A stretch of 64,000 nt of DNA from an uncultured Methanosarcinaceae archaeon (GCA_963733675.1 CAVTET010000001.1:384001-448000), one strand, 5' to 3'; positions 11,370 through 23,068 are shown, counted from the first letter of the stretch. The notes: a model not told the origin generated them from the sequence alone. Made by a program: numbers and translations.

Positions 11370-12436
11370 CCTATTTTTCTGTCGAAGTGTAGTCATGTAG
11401 TGTATTGGTAATAGCTGCAATGATAATTCCAAGAAAAAGCCAAGTAAAGAGTCCTTCTCAAGTGCGACCAATTTCTTGAAACTATCTCTTGGACGTCAGT
11501 CATCATGGCTCAAAAAAGTACAACGGGCGATGATATAGAAAGTCATATCAGATATATCGTTTGATTCTGATTATTATCCCTTACAATGCCAGGGTTCTTC
11601 AAAGCAAAAGATAGTATTTTATCACTGTTTTTATCCCAATATATATTCAAAGTTAATCTTTTCCAATCTATAAGGTTTACATATAGAAGAGAAAATAAAG
11701 ATATAATGAAAATACCAAAAAAAATAGTATATAATGGGTATACTCCAAAACCACAGGTGACAAAAAAATAGAATCCTTCATAAATGATGCAAACTCACGT
11801 CTGAAGTTCCTCCATTCTTTCGGATTCGGATAGAAAATATCCTAAAATTCCTGTTTTAGATCCGCGTATCGATAGTTATAATATACAATATTTGCATAAT
11901 CCTATAGCTTGTGATCAGTATAATATCTTGAAAATATATGAAGGTTGTTATTATCCAAAATGAGTTTTCCGGGTGCATCTGGCCCTGAGAATTCTGGAGT
12001 GGCTACAAATTTTGTCCCCCTAAAGTTAGTACATTTTTAAAAGTTGTTCCATCGAGGTAAGTAGAATTCATAAAAATTGAGTCATTGAAATAAGCAGAAT
12101 TATTAAAAGTCGAGTTATAGAAGAAAGCATAATCATAAAATCTCGTCCTAGTGAAGCCGGCATAATTATTAAAAGTAGAATCCTTAGCACTATAGGCTGT
12201 CAGTAACGTAAGTTGGATCTTGTCTGTCATGTTCGGCCTCCTTTTTTGAAGTCACTCTTTATACATAGTACTTAAGTTGCTCAAACTTCCATCTAAATTC
12301 TGTAAATATCTGAAAAACATAGAATGCTTCGATTTTCAAATTAATACTTCCGGTGAAATAATTATGGTACCTTCAAATAGAATACTATGAAACAGTTTTG
12401 GATTAGTATCCTCTGTCTTAAATTATCCCCTCATTT
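11370..12436 (-). pseudogene. Pentapeptide-repeat protein with C-terminal membrane (channel-like) domain, disrupted
   Basis: STFNNYAGF/STFNNSAYF repeats in ORF 12003-12230, downstream TCGFGVYPLYTIFFGIFIISLFSLLY and FLGIIIAAITNTL fragments in different frames. Multiple stops. Confidence 0.6.
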
Positions 12437-12617
12437 TTTAAATTAATTATACAAAAAATAACTACAAATTACTATAAAATAATTTGAAGTATAGGCAGGC
12501 AGGATAATTAAAAGGCAGGTAAGATTATTATCTTCAATTATCAAACACTTACCATTTACAAGAATAATCTGTTGGAGGACTGATTTAACTTCAATTAAAT
12601 TGGTTTGATTTGATCTT

Positions 12618-12974
12618 CTAATAATTTTTGACCTTTGAGTGTAATATTCTATTTTCTACCACTATTAGATTAACTTCTGCATCCAGTACTTTGTTTATTG
12701 CTTCTTCACGTTTTGTTTCTGCTTTCCTTATTAAGTCTCCAATACTTTGGATTTGTGAATCTAATTTATTGGTGTTTGCATCCAATTTTTTAGATTGTGT
12801 TTGTATAATCTTAGCTTCTGCTAATGTCCTCAGATTATTAGCAGCATTTATTAAATCCTCGAAATACTTGACTTTTTCCATTTCTATATTGAGCTCTGCT
12901 TTTATTTTTTCAAACTCTTCTTCGTCAATCTTTCTGTTACGTTCTTGTTTTTCGATGTCATTTTCTGTATTCAT
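12618..12974 (-). CDS. Hypothetical coiled-coil protein
   Basis: 118-aa E/K-rich heptad-like ORF with GAGG RBS upstream. Confidence 0.6.
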   Translation of the reverse strand: MNTENDIEKQERNRKIDEEEFEKIKAELNIEMEKVKYFEDLINAANNLRTLAEAKIIQTQSKKLDANTNKLDSQIQSIGDLIRKAETKREEAINKVLDAEVNLIVVENRILHSKVKNY

Positions 12975-13926
12975 TTATATAACCTCTCATTTTTTTTACG
13001 CTGTTAGTTAATATTTAAATATTTCCAGATTCTTGGATTTTAGCTTTCGGTGAATTTGACTACTTTTTGTTGCTTTATACTCCTCGGTGTGTTTTCTGTG
13101 TAGGCTGAGCTGGTTAATGCCATATTCCCCTATTCTTTACTACTATACGTGAACTTTCCTTTCAATTTTGGAGTAAAATTCATTTGTATTCAGTTAGTAT
13201 ACTAAATACCAAAAAACAAATATTTATATGAATAGCGATGTTCTCACTATTGTTCCATAAAACTTGTTCAGTCTTTCAAGAGCTTTGCCCTCAATATGCG
13301 TTGATATTAGTCGGAAGAGAACATATTTTTCTGGTTTTAATAGTTTCACCAATTTTTGTGATAAAATTACCACAAATAAGACTGCCAAAATAATTAATTC
13401 CTTTTTAATTTTGTCGAATGTTTGTTTTTGTATATATTATGCACTCTATATACTCTTTGAGATATCTTTGATTCAATTGATCTGTCAATAAATTAATCGG
13501 CAGATAAAGTTGATGATTAATTTCCCAATAAAGTGATATATATTTATTGCGGAAAGAATATTATATTGATATTAAAGTTGTATCTTTGACCAATTATTAT
13601 TTGGATCATACAGGACCACAGTCTTCCAAACAATTCTTTATTCACATATCTACCAATTATTTCTCATTTTTGACTGATTAATTTTAGTTAAAATATAAAA
13701 TAATCCCCTTAGTTATTTTTAATTAATTGTGCGAAAAATAGCTTCGGAATAAAAATTACTTTTACATAAAATGTTTTAACCTTGAACAACAATTTGATAT
13801 TAATGACGTTTTATTATTCCAAAATACATTCTAAAATTTAGCATTGAGTTCTTTCTAAAAAGCAATGTAGATTCATTTCATATCAAATTCTGGTTGTGTT
13901 CTTGAGCCATCCATGAGTCATTATAA

Positions 13927-14012
13927 TGGATTTAAAGAAACCCCTAAATTTCGCACTATGCTTATGAATGAACATAACTTACACGTGAAAATCAAAGGTT
14001 CATCGAAATCTC
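13927..14012. mobile_element. About 90-bp MITE with IS5-type termini
   Basis: GGATTTAAAGAAACCCCTAAATTT...CGTGAAAATCAAAGGTTCATCGAAATCTC. Confidence 0.6.
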
Positions 14013-14291
14013 TAAAGTGAAACGATAAAAAAGATTGAGGAATAACCAAATAGAATCTCAAAAAGGTTTTCAAACAGAATTATGTAGCTATGCAATCAAA
14101 TGAAGCTTTCTGAACCTATTTTAGCATTTGCAGAAATCATAGGGATTCACGACCGAAAAGGAAAATGGAGTTCCGGAAAAGAGGATATCTCAGGTGAATA
14201 TAGAGTTGCTCAAAATAAATAGATATTAAGAGAACTTTCAGTCACATGTTTTTTAAAATATTAACTGATCAAAGAGAGAACACCGATTTAT

Positions 14292-14858
14292 ATGGATTCC
14301 AAAAAAATACATATTCTATTGAATCTAAATGGGATGATTTATAACAAATTGCTCCGAACTGCAGGCCCTTTCTTTTTAAGAAAGTGGAAGAAAATATATA
14401 AAGATTGCATTTTAACTATAGAGGATTACCTGCTTCCTGAAGTTCTTAGAATTCAGGTAGAAGTATTCAATCGTGAAAACAGGGAAAAACTTGTAAACTA
14501 CTCAAAGAGCTTCAGAGATGTCTTCTATGTTATTAATAATAACGATAAGGTTATAGGCTACTGTATTTATTATTTAAAACCAGCACTTTCTTTTAAGGGT
14601 TTTGAGATGCAATCGGTTCTTTCTGCACTCGCGATTGACATTAATTTTAGAGGCAAGGGTTTTGCTGAGAGACTATTGAAAGAAAGTATTGAGGAAATGA
14701 AACTAAATGGAATAACGGTTATTACATTATATGTACAGATAAACAATCATCATGCTATACAATTATACAAAAAAATTGGTTTTAGGATAATTACTGAGAC
14801 TAAAAATATATGCGGCTACGGGGAAATTTGTTATAAAATGGAATTGAAACTTGTTTAA
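14292..14858 (+). CDS. GNAT (RimI-like) N-acetyltransferase
   Basis: LAIDINFRGKGFA motif A and NNHHAIQLYKKIGF motif B. Confidence 0.85.
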   Translation: MDSKKIHILLNLNGMIYNKLLRTAGPFFLRKWKKIYKDCILTIEDYLLPEVLRIQVEVFNRENREKLVNYSKSFRDVFYVINNNDKVIGYCIYYLKPALSFKGFEMQSVLSALAIDINFRGKGFAERLLKESIEEMKLNGITVITLYVQINNHHAIQLYKKIGFRIITETKNICGYGEICYKMELKLV

Positions 14859-15020
14859 TCTTTTTACCCTTGATCTATAATAAAATTTATCTCAAATGAA
14901 ATTTGCTATTAACTTATTTTTGTTCTTAATTCAGTACTTTACTAACCATTAATAGATGATTTAAACGTAGATCTATCTATTTAATCTTTCTTAAACGGTG
15001 ATTGACAACATAGCTTTATC

Positions 15021-15169
15021 GGTTCCGTTGCAAAAAATCTGGCTATTTTACAAAACAAGTAAGAAACATCACAAATAAAATATTTATATGCCATAAACAG
15101 GTCAATAATGATACAAAAAGCAATAGTTATAACCTAAAAAGGCAGTAAAATTATTTTTGCAACAGTACC
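15021..15169 (+). mobile_element. 149-bp MITE with IS6-type termini
   Basis: Left end GGTTCCGTTGCAAAAAATC is identical to the IS6 left end at 3702. Right end TTTTTGCAACAGTACC. No ORF. Confidence 0.85.
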
Positions 15170-15656
15170 AAAAAACTTAATTAACTTTATACCCTCAATA
15201 AACTTCTTGAAAAATGAGGCCAAAAGGTATATTTTTGCTAATTTAGATGATGTTAATAGATCGATTGGTAACTATTCAACCTATAAAAAATAAGTTAAAA
15301 AATATCTATCTCGATGCAACAGATACTTCTGATTACTAACTGATGGATGAATAAAAACCATGATCATATACTCCAGTTAAATGAAATTAGTCCACCGAGA
15401 TTTACTCATTGAAGTTTAGGAAAGATAATTATAGATATTGCTTTGTTCAGGTTGAATAGTTCTTATAATCGTTCTTATAATTATGATAAAAATCTAAACT
15501 GTTTCATCTAATATATAAAATGATATTATACTCATAAATATTACCAAATCAACTTGAGCTAAAAATAAGCTTGATTTTATCAAAAATTAGTGGATACTGT
15601 AAGAATTAAATTAGAAGTAAAAAGAGATTGCTATAAATAGAGGCAATTTATTTTTT

Positions 15657-16286
15657 CTACCTCTTTCCAGCAAAAAAACCTGTAATCAGAAGTACAAACC
15701 CCAGCCCCAAGAGGAAAAGAGGCATATCAAAACCTTCAACTTGAGTTTCTAAGCCCTTTGATTCATAAGGCTTATTGTCCGAAGAAGTGGATAGAGATCC
15801 ATCAAATGTTTGTGGAATAGGAAGCTTAGGATCCAGGTGTTGATATACAGGTGAGAACTTGACCAAAACCCCGTCTGCACCTGCGTATACGGTGCTTACC
15901 GTTAGATTAAAAATTTCTATAGAGTCATTTAAATATATAAATTGAGAGCCTTCAGTGACAATGTCATTCTTGAGCGGATTCCCTTCTCTACGAAGCTCAA
16001 GCCATACCCTTTTCCCTTCAGTATCTGTTCCTTTCACATAAAGCTGATAATCCTGCAAAAAAGTATGATAGCTTCCAGATCTCACATAAATTTTATCTCC
16101 ATTGATCAGAACAATAGAGAGCTTCTTCCCAGAGCCGGTAGCTAAGGCAGGTGACATAGAGTAAAAAATAACTGAAAAGAATATAGATATAACAAGGAAA
16201 AAGGAAAATAAAGGGAGAATATTTATTCTCTCATCTTCTTTCTTTTCGTGTTTACTTGGGACGAGCATAAATGCATCTGCCTGCAA
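15657..16286 (-). CDS. Surface protein with a Methanosarcina S-layer-like domain and C-terminal membrane anchor
   Basis: N-terminal TM, Y.LYVKG.D.EGKRVWLEL.REG..LK..IV motif, C-terminal EGF..hydrophobic..KR. Overlaps the birA end, true start may be 16268. Confidence 0.6.
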   Translation of the reverse strand: MQADAFMLVPSKHEKKEDERINILPLFSFFLVISIFFSVIFYSMSPALATGSGKKLSIVLINGDKIYVRSGSYHTFLQDYQLYVKGTDTEGKRVWLELRREGNPLKNDIVTEGSQFIYLNDSIEIFNLTVSTVYAGADGVLVKFSPVYQHLDPKLPIPQTFDGSLSTSSDNKPYESKGLETQVEGFDMPLFLLGLGFVLLITGFFAGKR

Positions 16287-17229
16287 TAATTTCTTCCCTG
16301 GTATCGTCTGCTTTTCTTATTACAAGAGCTCCGTCAGGAGTTACTCCCACAGCTTTACCTTCTATAATTCGAGAAGGTGTAATGACCTTAACATTTTTTC
16401 CAATGGTATCTGAAAGAGCAAGCCAGTCATTAAGGATATGTGAAAAAGGTCTGGTCTTGAAATTTATGTACTGCTGCTCAAGCTCGGAGAGAAAATCTTG
16501 AAGAAACGAAACTCTTTTTATATGTTTCCCAAGCTCAACTTTCAGAGTTGTTGAGCCCGAACGGAAAGACTCGGGAATATCTTTTAAGTCCATATTCACA
16601 TTAATCCCTATTCCCAGCACTACATAGTCCACTCTATCCATCTCAGCATTTGCCTCAGTGAGGATTCCACATACTTTCTTCCCATTGATGTGGACATCAT
16701 TAGGCCATTTGATGCGTGCGTCAAGGCCTATATCACGAATAGCATTTGCGACTGCAAGCCCGGCAACAAGAGTAAGTCTTGAAGCATGCCTTATAGGAAT
16801 ACCTGGTTTGAGGATCACGGACATCCATATACCGCCGTGTGGAGAGATCCATTCCCTGCCCATGCGGCCTCTGCCTCCAGTCTGTATTTCAGAGATTATG
16901 AGCGTGCCTTCCTCTTCGGAAACCGCTATTTCCTTTGCAATACTATTTGTAGAATTTACCTCCTCGAAATAATGAATCTTCTGTCCCAGAAGAGTTGTTT
17001 TGAGCCCCATCTGGATTTCTTCCGGGTACAGAAATTGAGGTATGGATTTAAGGACATAACCTCTTTTTGGGGACGATCCTATCTCATAACCATCAGTCTT
17101 GAGGGCCTTGATATATTTCCAGACCATTGTCCTGGAAATTCCTAACTTAAGCCCCATTTCTTCTCCAGAAACAGGGCTTTTCTGTGCATCTTTAAGTTCC
17201 TTGATAATTTGAGATCTTTTATCTCCCAT
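16252..17229 (-). CDS. birA: Bifunctional biotin-protein ligase with HTH
   Basis: N-terminal HTH (SGEEMG..LGISRTMVWKYI), QTGGRGRMGREW, IKWPND and KKVCGIL. Confidence 0.95.
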   Translation of the reverse strand: MGDKRSQIIKELKDAQKSPVSGEEMGLKLGISRTMVWKYIKALKTDGYEIGSSPKRGYVLKSIPQFLYPEEIQMGLKTTLLGQKIHYFEEVNSTNSIAKEIAVSEEEGTLIISEIQTGGRGRMGREWISPHGGIWMSVILKPGIPIRHASRLTLVAGLAVANAIRDIGLDARIKWPNDVHINGKKVCGILTEANAEMDRVDYVVLGIGINVNMDLKDIPESFRSGSTTLKVELGKHIKRVSFLQDFLSELEQQYINFKTRPFSHILNDWLALSDTIGKNVKVITPSRIIEGKAVGVTPDGALVIRKADDTREEIIAGRCIYARPK

Positions 17230-17359
17230 CAATGCACCCCATATAAATCTCTATACGTTCCACAGTATTTATTTCTTTAGTTTATTCTCCTATGGCAAGA
17301 TGATAAAACATATGGTAGTAAGGAATAAATCTAGTTCATGTTTCTCGGAAAGGTACTTG

Positions 17360-18841
17360 TTAACGCTGCATTTTCTGGGCCATGCTGACATAGGCATACA
17401 CTGCAGCTGTAATAGCTGCAACCTTTTTGTCTTTTGCTCCAATTGCCGAAGCTAGAGTATCCCCCTTTTCGGCTTCTGATTTGACGATATCTTCAACAAA
17501 TTCCAGAATGTTATGATCTTCAATAAAAGCAGTTGTAATATTGCCACTGCGAAAATTTGGGTTGCGCATGACAGCTTTATGGAATGGGATATTAGTCTTT
17601 ACTCCCACAACCACATACTCGTACAGAGCTCTTTCCATCCTGGCAATCGCTAAATCTCTTGTCCTTTCCCAGACACATAGCTTAGAGATCATTGAATCAT
17701 AATAAGGAGAAATTGTATAACCTGTATGTACTCCACTATCAACTCTGACGCCCGGGCCACCTGCAGATCGATATCCCCGAATCTTTCCAGGGGAAGGAGC
17801 GAAGTCATTTAATGGATCTTCAGCGTTGATTCTACATTCAATAGCATGTCCATTAATACAAATATCTTCCTGCATAACATCAACCCTCTCTCCCCACGCA
17901 ATCCTAAGCTGTTCCCTTACAATATCAATGCCAGTAACCATTTCAGTAATCCCATGTTCAACTTGCAAACGGGTATTGACCTCAAGAAAATAGAAATCAC
18001 CCCTTGAATAAAGGAACTCTACCGTACCTGCATTTACATAACCAATCGCTTTAGCCACTTTTACTGAGGCTTCCCCCATCTGTGCCCTGAGTTCAGAGGT
18101 CATGATAGGAGAAGGAGCTTCTTCGATAAGCTTCTGATGTCTTCTCTGGATGGAACATTCTCTATCAGAGAGGTAAATTGTATTTCCATATGAATCGGCC
18201 AGTATCTGAATCTCTATATGCCTAGGTTCCTCTAAATATTTTTCAATAAAAACCGAAGAGTCCCCAAAAGCCGAACCAGCCATCTGCCTTGTAGAACCGA
18301 AAGTAGTCACCAATTCTTCCCTGCAATGAGCTACTTTCATTCCGATTCCGCCACCTCCTGCAGATGCTTTAATTATAACCGGGTATCCAATGTTTTCTGC
18401 AAATACTTTAGCCTCGTCCAAATCATCTACTGCATCTTTCGTCCCAGGTACAACAGATACTCCTGCTTTCATCATAAGATGACGGGCCCTGATCTTGTTT
18501 CCCATCTCAGCAATCACATGACTAGGAGGACCTATGAAAATAAGTCCTTCCTCTTCACACCGCTCTGCAAAGACAGGATTTTCTGAAAGGAAACCATAGC
18601 CTGGATGTATTGCATCAGAGTCCGTATTTTTTGCAACTGCAAGAATAGCTTCAATATTCAGATAGCTTTTGCTGGAAGGAGCCGGACCTATCAAGTAGGC
18701 GTCATCTGCATATTTGGCAAAAAGTGCATTTTTGTCGGCTTCAGAGCAGACAGCTACAGTAGATATTCCAAGCTCCCGACAAGCGCGCATAACCCGAATA
18801 GCAATCTCACCGCGGTTTGCAACAAGTACTTTTTTGAACAT
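17360..18841 (-). CDS. pycA: Pyruvate carboxylase subunit A (biotin carboxylase)
   Basis: [35 protein letters not shown] and [10 protein letters not shown]. Start at MFKKVL. Confidence 0.95.
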   Translation of the reverse strand: MFKKVLVANRGEIAIRVMRACRELGISTVAVCSEADKNALFAKYADDAYLIGPAPSSKSYLNIEAILAVAKNTDSDAIHPGYGFLSENPVFAERCEEEGLIFIGPPSHVIAEMGNKIRARHLMMKAGVSVVPGTKDAVDDLDEAKVFAENIGYPVIIKASAGGGGIGMKVAHCREELVTTFGSTRQMAGSAFGDSSVFIEKYLEEPRHIEIQILADSYGNTIYLSDRECSIQRRHQKLIEEAPSPIMTSELRAQMGEASVKVAKAIGYVNAGTVEFLYSRGDFYFLEVNTRLQVEHGITEMVTGIDIVREQLRIAWGERVDVMQEDICINGHAIECRINAEDPLNDFAPSPGKIRGYRSAGGPGVRVDSGVHTGYTISPYYDSMISKLCVWERTRDLAIARMERALYEYVVVGVKTNIPFHKAVMRNPNFRSGNITTAFIEDHNILEFVEDIVKSEAEKGDTLASAIGAKDKKVAAITAAVYAYVSMAQKMQR

Positions 18842-18860
18842 AGTACCTTCCACAGTTTAT

Positions 18861-20582
18861 TTATTGAATTGACAGTATAATATCACCAGGAGATACAGTA
18901 TCCCCTTCTGAAACAAAGATTTCTTTAACGATACCTGAGTGAGGGGCATGAATAGAGTTCTCCATCTTCATAGCTTCGATGACAGTAATTGTATCGCCTT
19001 CTGCAACAACGTCCTCAACTTTGACCTTAATAGAAAGAACCATACCCTGCATTGAGCTTTTCACAGCGCCTTCAACGGATTGAGCACTCGATTTTTTAGG
19101 CGACAATTTGGATATGGAAACTCCACTGTCGAGAGGCTCAACCTTTACCTCGTAGACATCTTCGTCCACCTCAACCTTGAAATGAGTTGGGATTGTATAC
19201 TCATTCTGAACTGTAGTCTCATGGGTAACTACATCGAGAGATTCTTCTTCGACTTCTCCTTTTAGGAACTTTGGAGCAATAGCTGGATAGAGAATGTAGG
19301 TAAGAATATCTTCCTCGGATTTTGCTATACCCATGTCCTCTGCTTCTTTTTTTTTCTTATTATATTCAGGCTTCAGGAGGTCTGCAGGACGGCTGTTTAT
19401 AGGTTCTTCGTCTCCGATAATCTTGCCTATGATCTCAGGTCTTAATGGAGCAGGAGATCTTCCATAAAGCCCGCGAACATAATCCTTCACTTCTTTTGGA
19501 ACAACTTTGTAGCGTTCGCCCATGAGAACATTAAGCACCGCCTGAGTACCCACTATTTGGCTCGTGGGGGTAACAAGAGGTGGATATCCGAGTTCCTCTC
19601 TAACTCTTGGCATTTCCTCGAGAACAGCCTCGTATTTGTCAAGAGCATTCTGCTCCTTTAATTGAGATACCAGATTTGAGAGCATTCCTCCAGGGATCTG
19701 ATAGATAAGTACATTGGTATCAATCTGTTCGGAGATAGGATCCAGAATTTCTCTATATCTTTCTTTTAAATTTTTGAAATATGTAACAACTTCCTTGAAA
19801 AGCTTCAGATCCAGACCAGTGTCATAAGGTGTACCTTTAAGAGCTGCTATAACAGTCTCAGTGGCAGGCTGAGAAGTCCCCCAGGCAAGAGGAGAAATAG
19901 CGGTATCCAGAATATCCACTCCTGCGTAGCAAGCTGACATATAGCTCATCGGGGCCATTCCAGAGGTGCAGTGGCAGTGCAGAGAAATAGGGATGGAGAT
20001 TTGTTTTTTCATTGCAACGATTATCTTAGTGGCTTCATCTGGGGAAAGCAAACCTGCCATATCTTTGATACAAAGGGAATTACACTCCAGTTCTTCAAGT
20101 TGTGTTGCAAGTTCTACATACTTTTCAACCGTATGCACTGGACTGAGAGTATAGCAAACTGTACCCTGTACATGAGCACCAAGTTTTTTTGCCACTTTGA
20201 TAGAAAGTTCCATATTCCGGATATCGTTGACAGCATCAAAAATCCGAAAAACATCAATTCCGTTTTCATAAGACTTCGTAACAAATTTCTCGACTACGTC
20301 ATCTGAATAATGCCTATATCCAACAAGATTTTGGCCCCTGAGAAGCATCTGAGCATAGGTATTTTTCATCCTCTTCTTTATGTCCCTCAAGCGTTGCCAA
20401 GGATCTTCGTTAAGGTAACGGATACAACTATCAAAGGTAGCACCTCCCCACATTTCAAGGGAGAAATAACCAATTTCGTCTAATTGTTCAACCACTTCGA
20501 GCATGTCCCTTGTCCGCATTCTAGTTGCCAGGAGAGACTGGTGTGCATCCCGAAGGACTGTTTCAGTAATTTTGACACTCAT
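18861..20582 (-). CDS. pycB: Pyruvate carboxylase subunit B (carboxyltransferase plus biotin carrier)
   Basis: LRDAHQSLLATR, EMWGGATFD, HCH and EAMKM biotinylation motif. Confidence 0.95.
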   Translation of the reverse strand: MSVKITETVLRDAHQSLLATRMRTRDMLEVVEQLDEIGYFSLEMWGGATFDSCIRYLNEDPWQRLRDIKKRMKNTYAQMLLRGQNLVGYRHYSDDVVEKFVTKSYENGIDVFRIFDAVNDIRNMELSIKVAKKLGAHVQGTVCYTLSPVHTVEKYVELATQLEELECNSLCIKDMAGLLSPDEATKIIVAMKKQISIPISLHCHCTSGMAPMSYMSACYAGVDILDTAISPLAWGTSQPATETVIAALKGTPYDTGLDLKLFKEVVTYFKNLKERYREILDPISEQIDTNVLIYQIPGGMLSNLVSQLKEQNALDKYEAVLEEMPRVREELGYPPLVTPTSQIVGTQAVLNVLMGERYKVVPKEVKDYVRGLYGRSPAPLRPEIIGKIIGDEEPINSRPADLLKPEYNKKKKEAEDMGIAKSEEDILTYILYPAIAPKFLKGEVEEESLDVVTHETTVQNEYTIPTHFKVEVDEDVYEVKVEPLDSGVSISKLSPKKSSAQSVEGAVKSSMQGMVLSIKVKVEDVVAEGDTITVIEAMKMENSIHAPHSGIVKEIFVSEGDTVSPGDIILSIQ

Positions 20583-21028
20583 GGATGAACCTCTTAAAAT
20601 CGGATCAAAATAAATAGTATACTTAATGGGTGGATGGATTGATCAAAAGTTTCTGAAATCTATAGAGGGTGATATTTTGATCTGTTTGAGTAAAACTCCT
20701 AAGTTTTCTGATCGCGACTCTTGGTACCATTTCCTGTGATTTGACCGCAACAAGGATTTCTTTGGTCAGATAAAAAAAGGCACCAGAATCGAAAGCATGA
20801 GATAATCAATTTAAATATCAAAGGGCAATATTCTACAGATATTGCTCCTTGATCTCTAAATATACAATTGTTAACAAGTATATACTTTTCGCCTGTTAAC
20901 ATTAAATAAGTATAATAGGAAAAGTACCAAAATTATTAGGCCACCAAAAAATCCCTTTTTCTAAGGGGGGTAATTAAACCTTATTTGTAGATTAGAGATG
21001 GTTGTAGTTCTCTCACAATACAAGTACA

Positions 21029-21118
21029 GAGGATTTTGATCAACCTCTGATTTTCACGAATCAGATATATACTATCTATATAATACATGACAACATTTAC
21101 GGGTTTATCAAAATACTC
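21029..21118. mobile_element. About 90-bp MITE with IS5-type termini (opposite orientation)
   Basis: GAGGATTTTGATCAACCTCTGATTTTCACGAATC...GGGTTTATCAAAATACTC. Confidence 0.7.
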
Positions 21119-21369
21119 TGCATATAAAATGAATTTTGTTACCATTTAAAAAATCACCATTTTATTCTGAAATAATTCCACCTCAAAATTCATTTAAAAT
21201 GATAGTAAGTAATAAACCAATTCCCCCACGTATTCTCATACCAAATTTACATCCGAAAGGTCATAGATTCCTTAACCGATTAACAATGAATGATACTGTG
21301 ACATAAACTATATAACTGATTTCAAAATAACAAAAAAGTGGATCAGAAGATGTATTTTATTTATTTCTT

Positions 21370-21753
21370 TCACTGTTGTTTTTTAAGCCTTCCTAAAAAA
21401 CCATTCAGCCCTGCTTTATGTCTGGCTTCATCCAAAGAAGCTCTTTCAAAAAAAAGAGCAGCTCTTATGTTGCCTTCCTCTCTAGCTATTTTTGCAGCTT
21501 CAGCTTTCTCAAATTCAGCTTTGCTTTCTCCTGATAGCATCATTTCTAGATTATCAAGGGTTTTTTCTTTAACGAGTCCAAGAATCTCAGCTACTTCCGT
21601 AGCATGCCAGGCTTCATCCATAGCTATCTGGCGGAGGTATACTGCAATATCTGCAAGTCCTTCACTCTCAGCAACTTTTGACATTGCAAGATACCATCCG
21701 ACTTCAGTGGTTTCTCCTCTAAAAGTGTCTTTTAAAATCTGTTCAAGATTCAT
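21370..21753 (-). CDS. Ferritin-like/rubrerythrin-family di-iron protein
   Basis: Two E..ExxH motifs (GE..., DEAWHA, GE..., DEARHK). Start at MNLEQ. Confidence 0.85.
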   Translation of the reverse strand: MNLEQILKDTFRGETTEVGWYLAMSKVAESEGLADIAVYLRQIAMDEAWHATEVAEILGLVKEKTLDNLEMMLSGESKAEFEKAEAAKIAREEGNIRAALFFERASLDEARHKAGLNGFLGRLKKQQ

Positions 21754-21795
21754 TAAATCACCATTTCTTCTTTGAAATAATCGCATCAATGACTT

Positions 21796-22006
21796 TAATT
21801 ATATATTGGCCGTCTAAAGTAGATTCTATCCGCATTTAGGCATAATAGAACTGGTCCTACAGCTTTAATTTTCTATCTGATCCAGCAAACTTAAACCTAG
21901 TATATTTGGGCAAATTAATAAAAGTTCTGGATGCAAATCAAAATTGCGGTTGTACACCTTACTTCAAGAAACTGAATATGTTCACGCTATAGATTTGGAT
22001 ATACAT
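21796..22006 (-). pseudogene. Decayed small Cys-rich (zinc-ribbon-like) gene upstream of the ferritin-like gene
   Basis: Fragments EHIQFLEVRCT / NFDLHPELLLICPN / KFAGSDRKLKL*DQFY / PKCG / TLDGQYN* across frames. Confidence 0.4.
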
Positions 22007-22879
22007 AAATTATTCAGACTAATATATTTTAATTTACATATCTGCTTTTTTCCTTCTAGTTCCCTCGATTTTCAATATGGTTTTTAATTACATCGGAGTC
22101 GTACCATTACCCCACAGTTTATTTTCCCAAATGAAAAATGAATTTTTTAATAGAATTGTAATTAATATAATTAAAAAATGGCATCATCTTGGGAAATTTT
22201 TATTTGTGGTATTTTTGACCCTGAATCGTTGATTAAAGTTTCAAGAGAATTATTAGAAAATGTTGCAACATGAAATAAAAGATTAAGAATTTATTGATAT
22301 CTATAATTTGCTTCATAAGGTAAAGTTATTATATCAACGATACTATATAATATAGAGAATGCAGATAATAAACTGACTGTACATAGAGAGAGTAAAATAT
22401 TTTTTTGTGTTACAATCAACGACTTCATTACATTAAATAGAGATATATCTCCGTATTTGTATAAATTTTTTTGGAATTGACGGGATGGAACTACTGACAG
22501 AAGTTAAAATATTTAGATGAATTAACAAATCAGTGTTTTAGCGTTCGAAGCATGCTTGAATTTCCGGTTGCTTAACATGAAAAGCTTCCGAAAAGATAAA
22601 ATATGAGATTTTTTTGGATACTGGGTCCTTATATTATGGATAACGATCTGGTCTAATATAAAATTAATATATAAAATAGCTAATAAAAACATTCAATTAT
22701 TGAAACAAAATAATTTCTGAGTATAATTAAAAACCTCTAACGAATAAATAAAATATATTACCAAACTGATCTATTTATTTGTAACTTAAATTTGTACAAT
22801 TATATTATGTCTGCAATATTTAGATTAATCAATTCAGGATCGTAAGTACAAGACAAGGTAGCTACAGAGCATGATTTTT

Positions 22880-23068
22880 ATGTTTACTATGGAGAATACA
22901 GAAGGTTTCGATCAGAAAACTCTTGATAAAATGAACGCTGAAGTCAAAAAAACAATGAGCAAGCACGACCCAAAATTGGAAAATTATACTAAAATATGTG
23001 AGCGGGTTGAAGATCATATCTTTGACAAATATTGTTCAGAAATATTTCGACCATCTCTTAAATTATAA
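22880..23068 (+). CDS. Small hypothetical protein
   Basis: MFTMENTEGFDQKTLDKMNAEVKKTM..., protein-like composition in an otherwise AT-rich spacer. Confidence 0.55.
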   Translation: MFTMENTEGFDQKTLDKMNAEVKKTMSKHDPKLENYTKICERVEDHIFDKYCSEIFRPSLKL

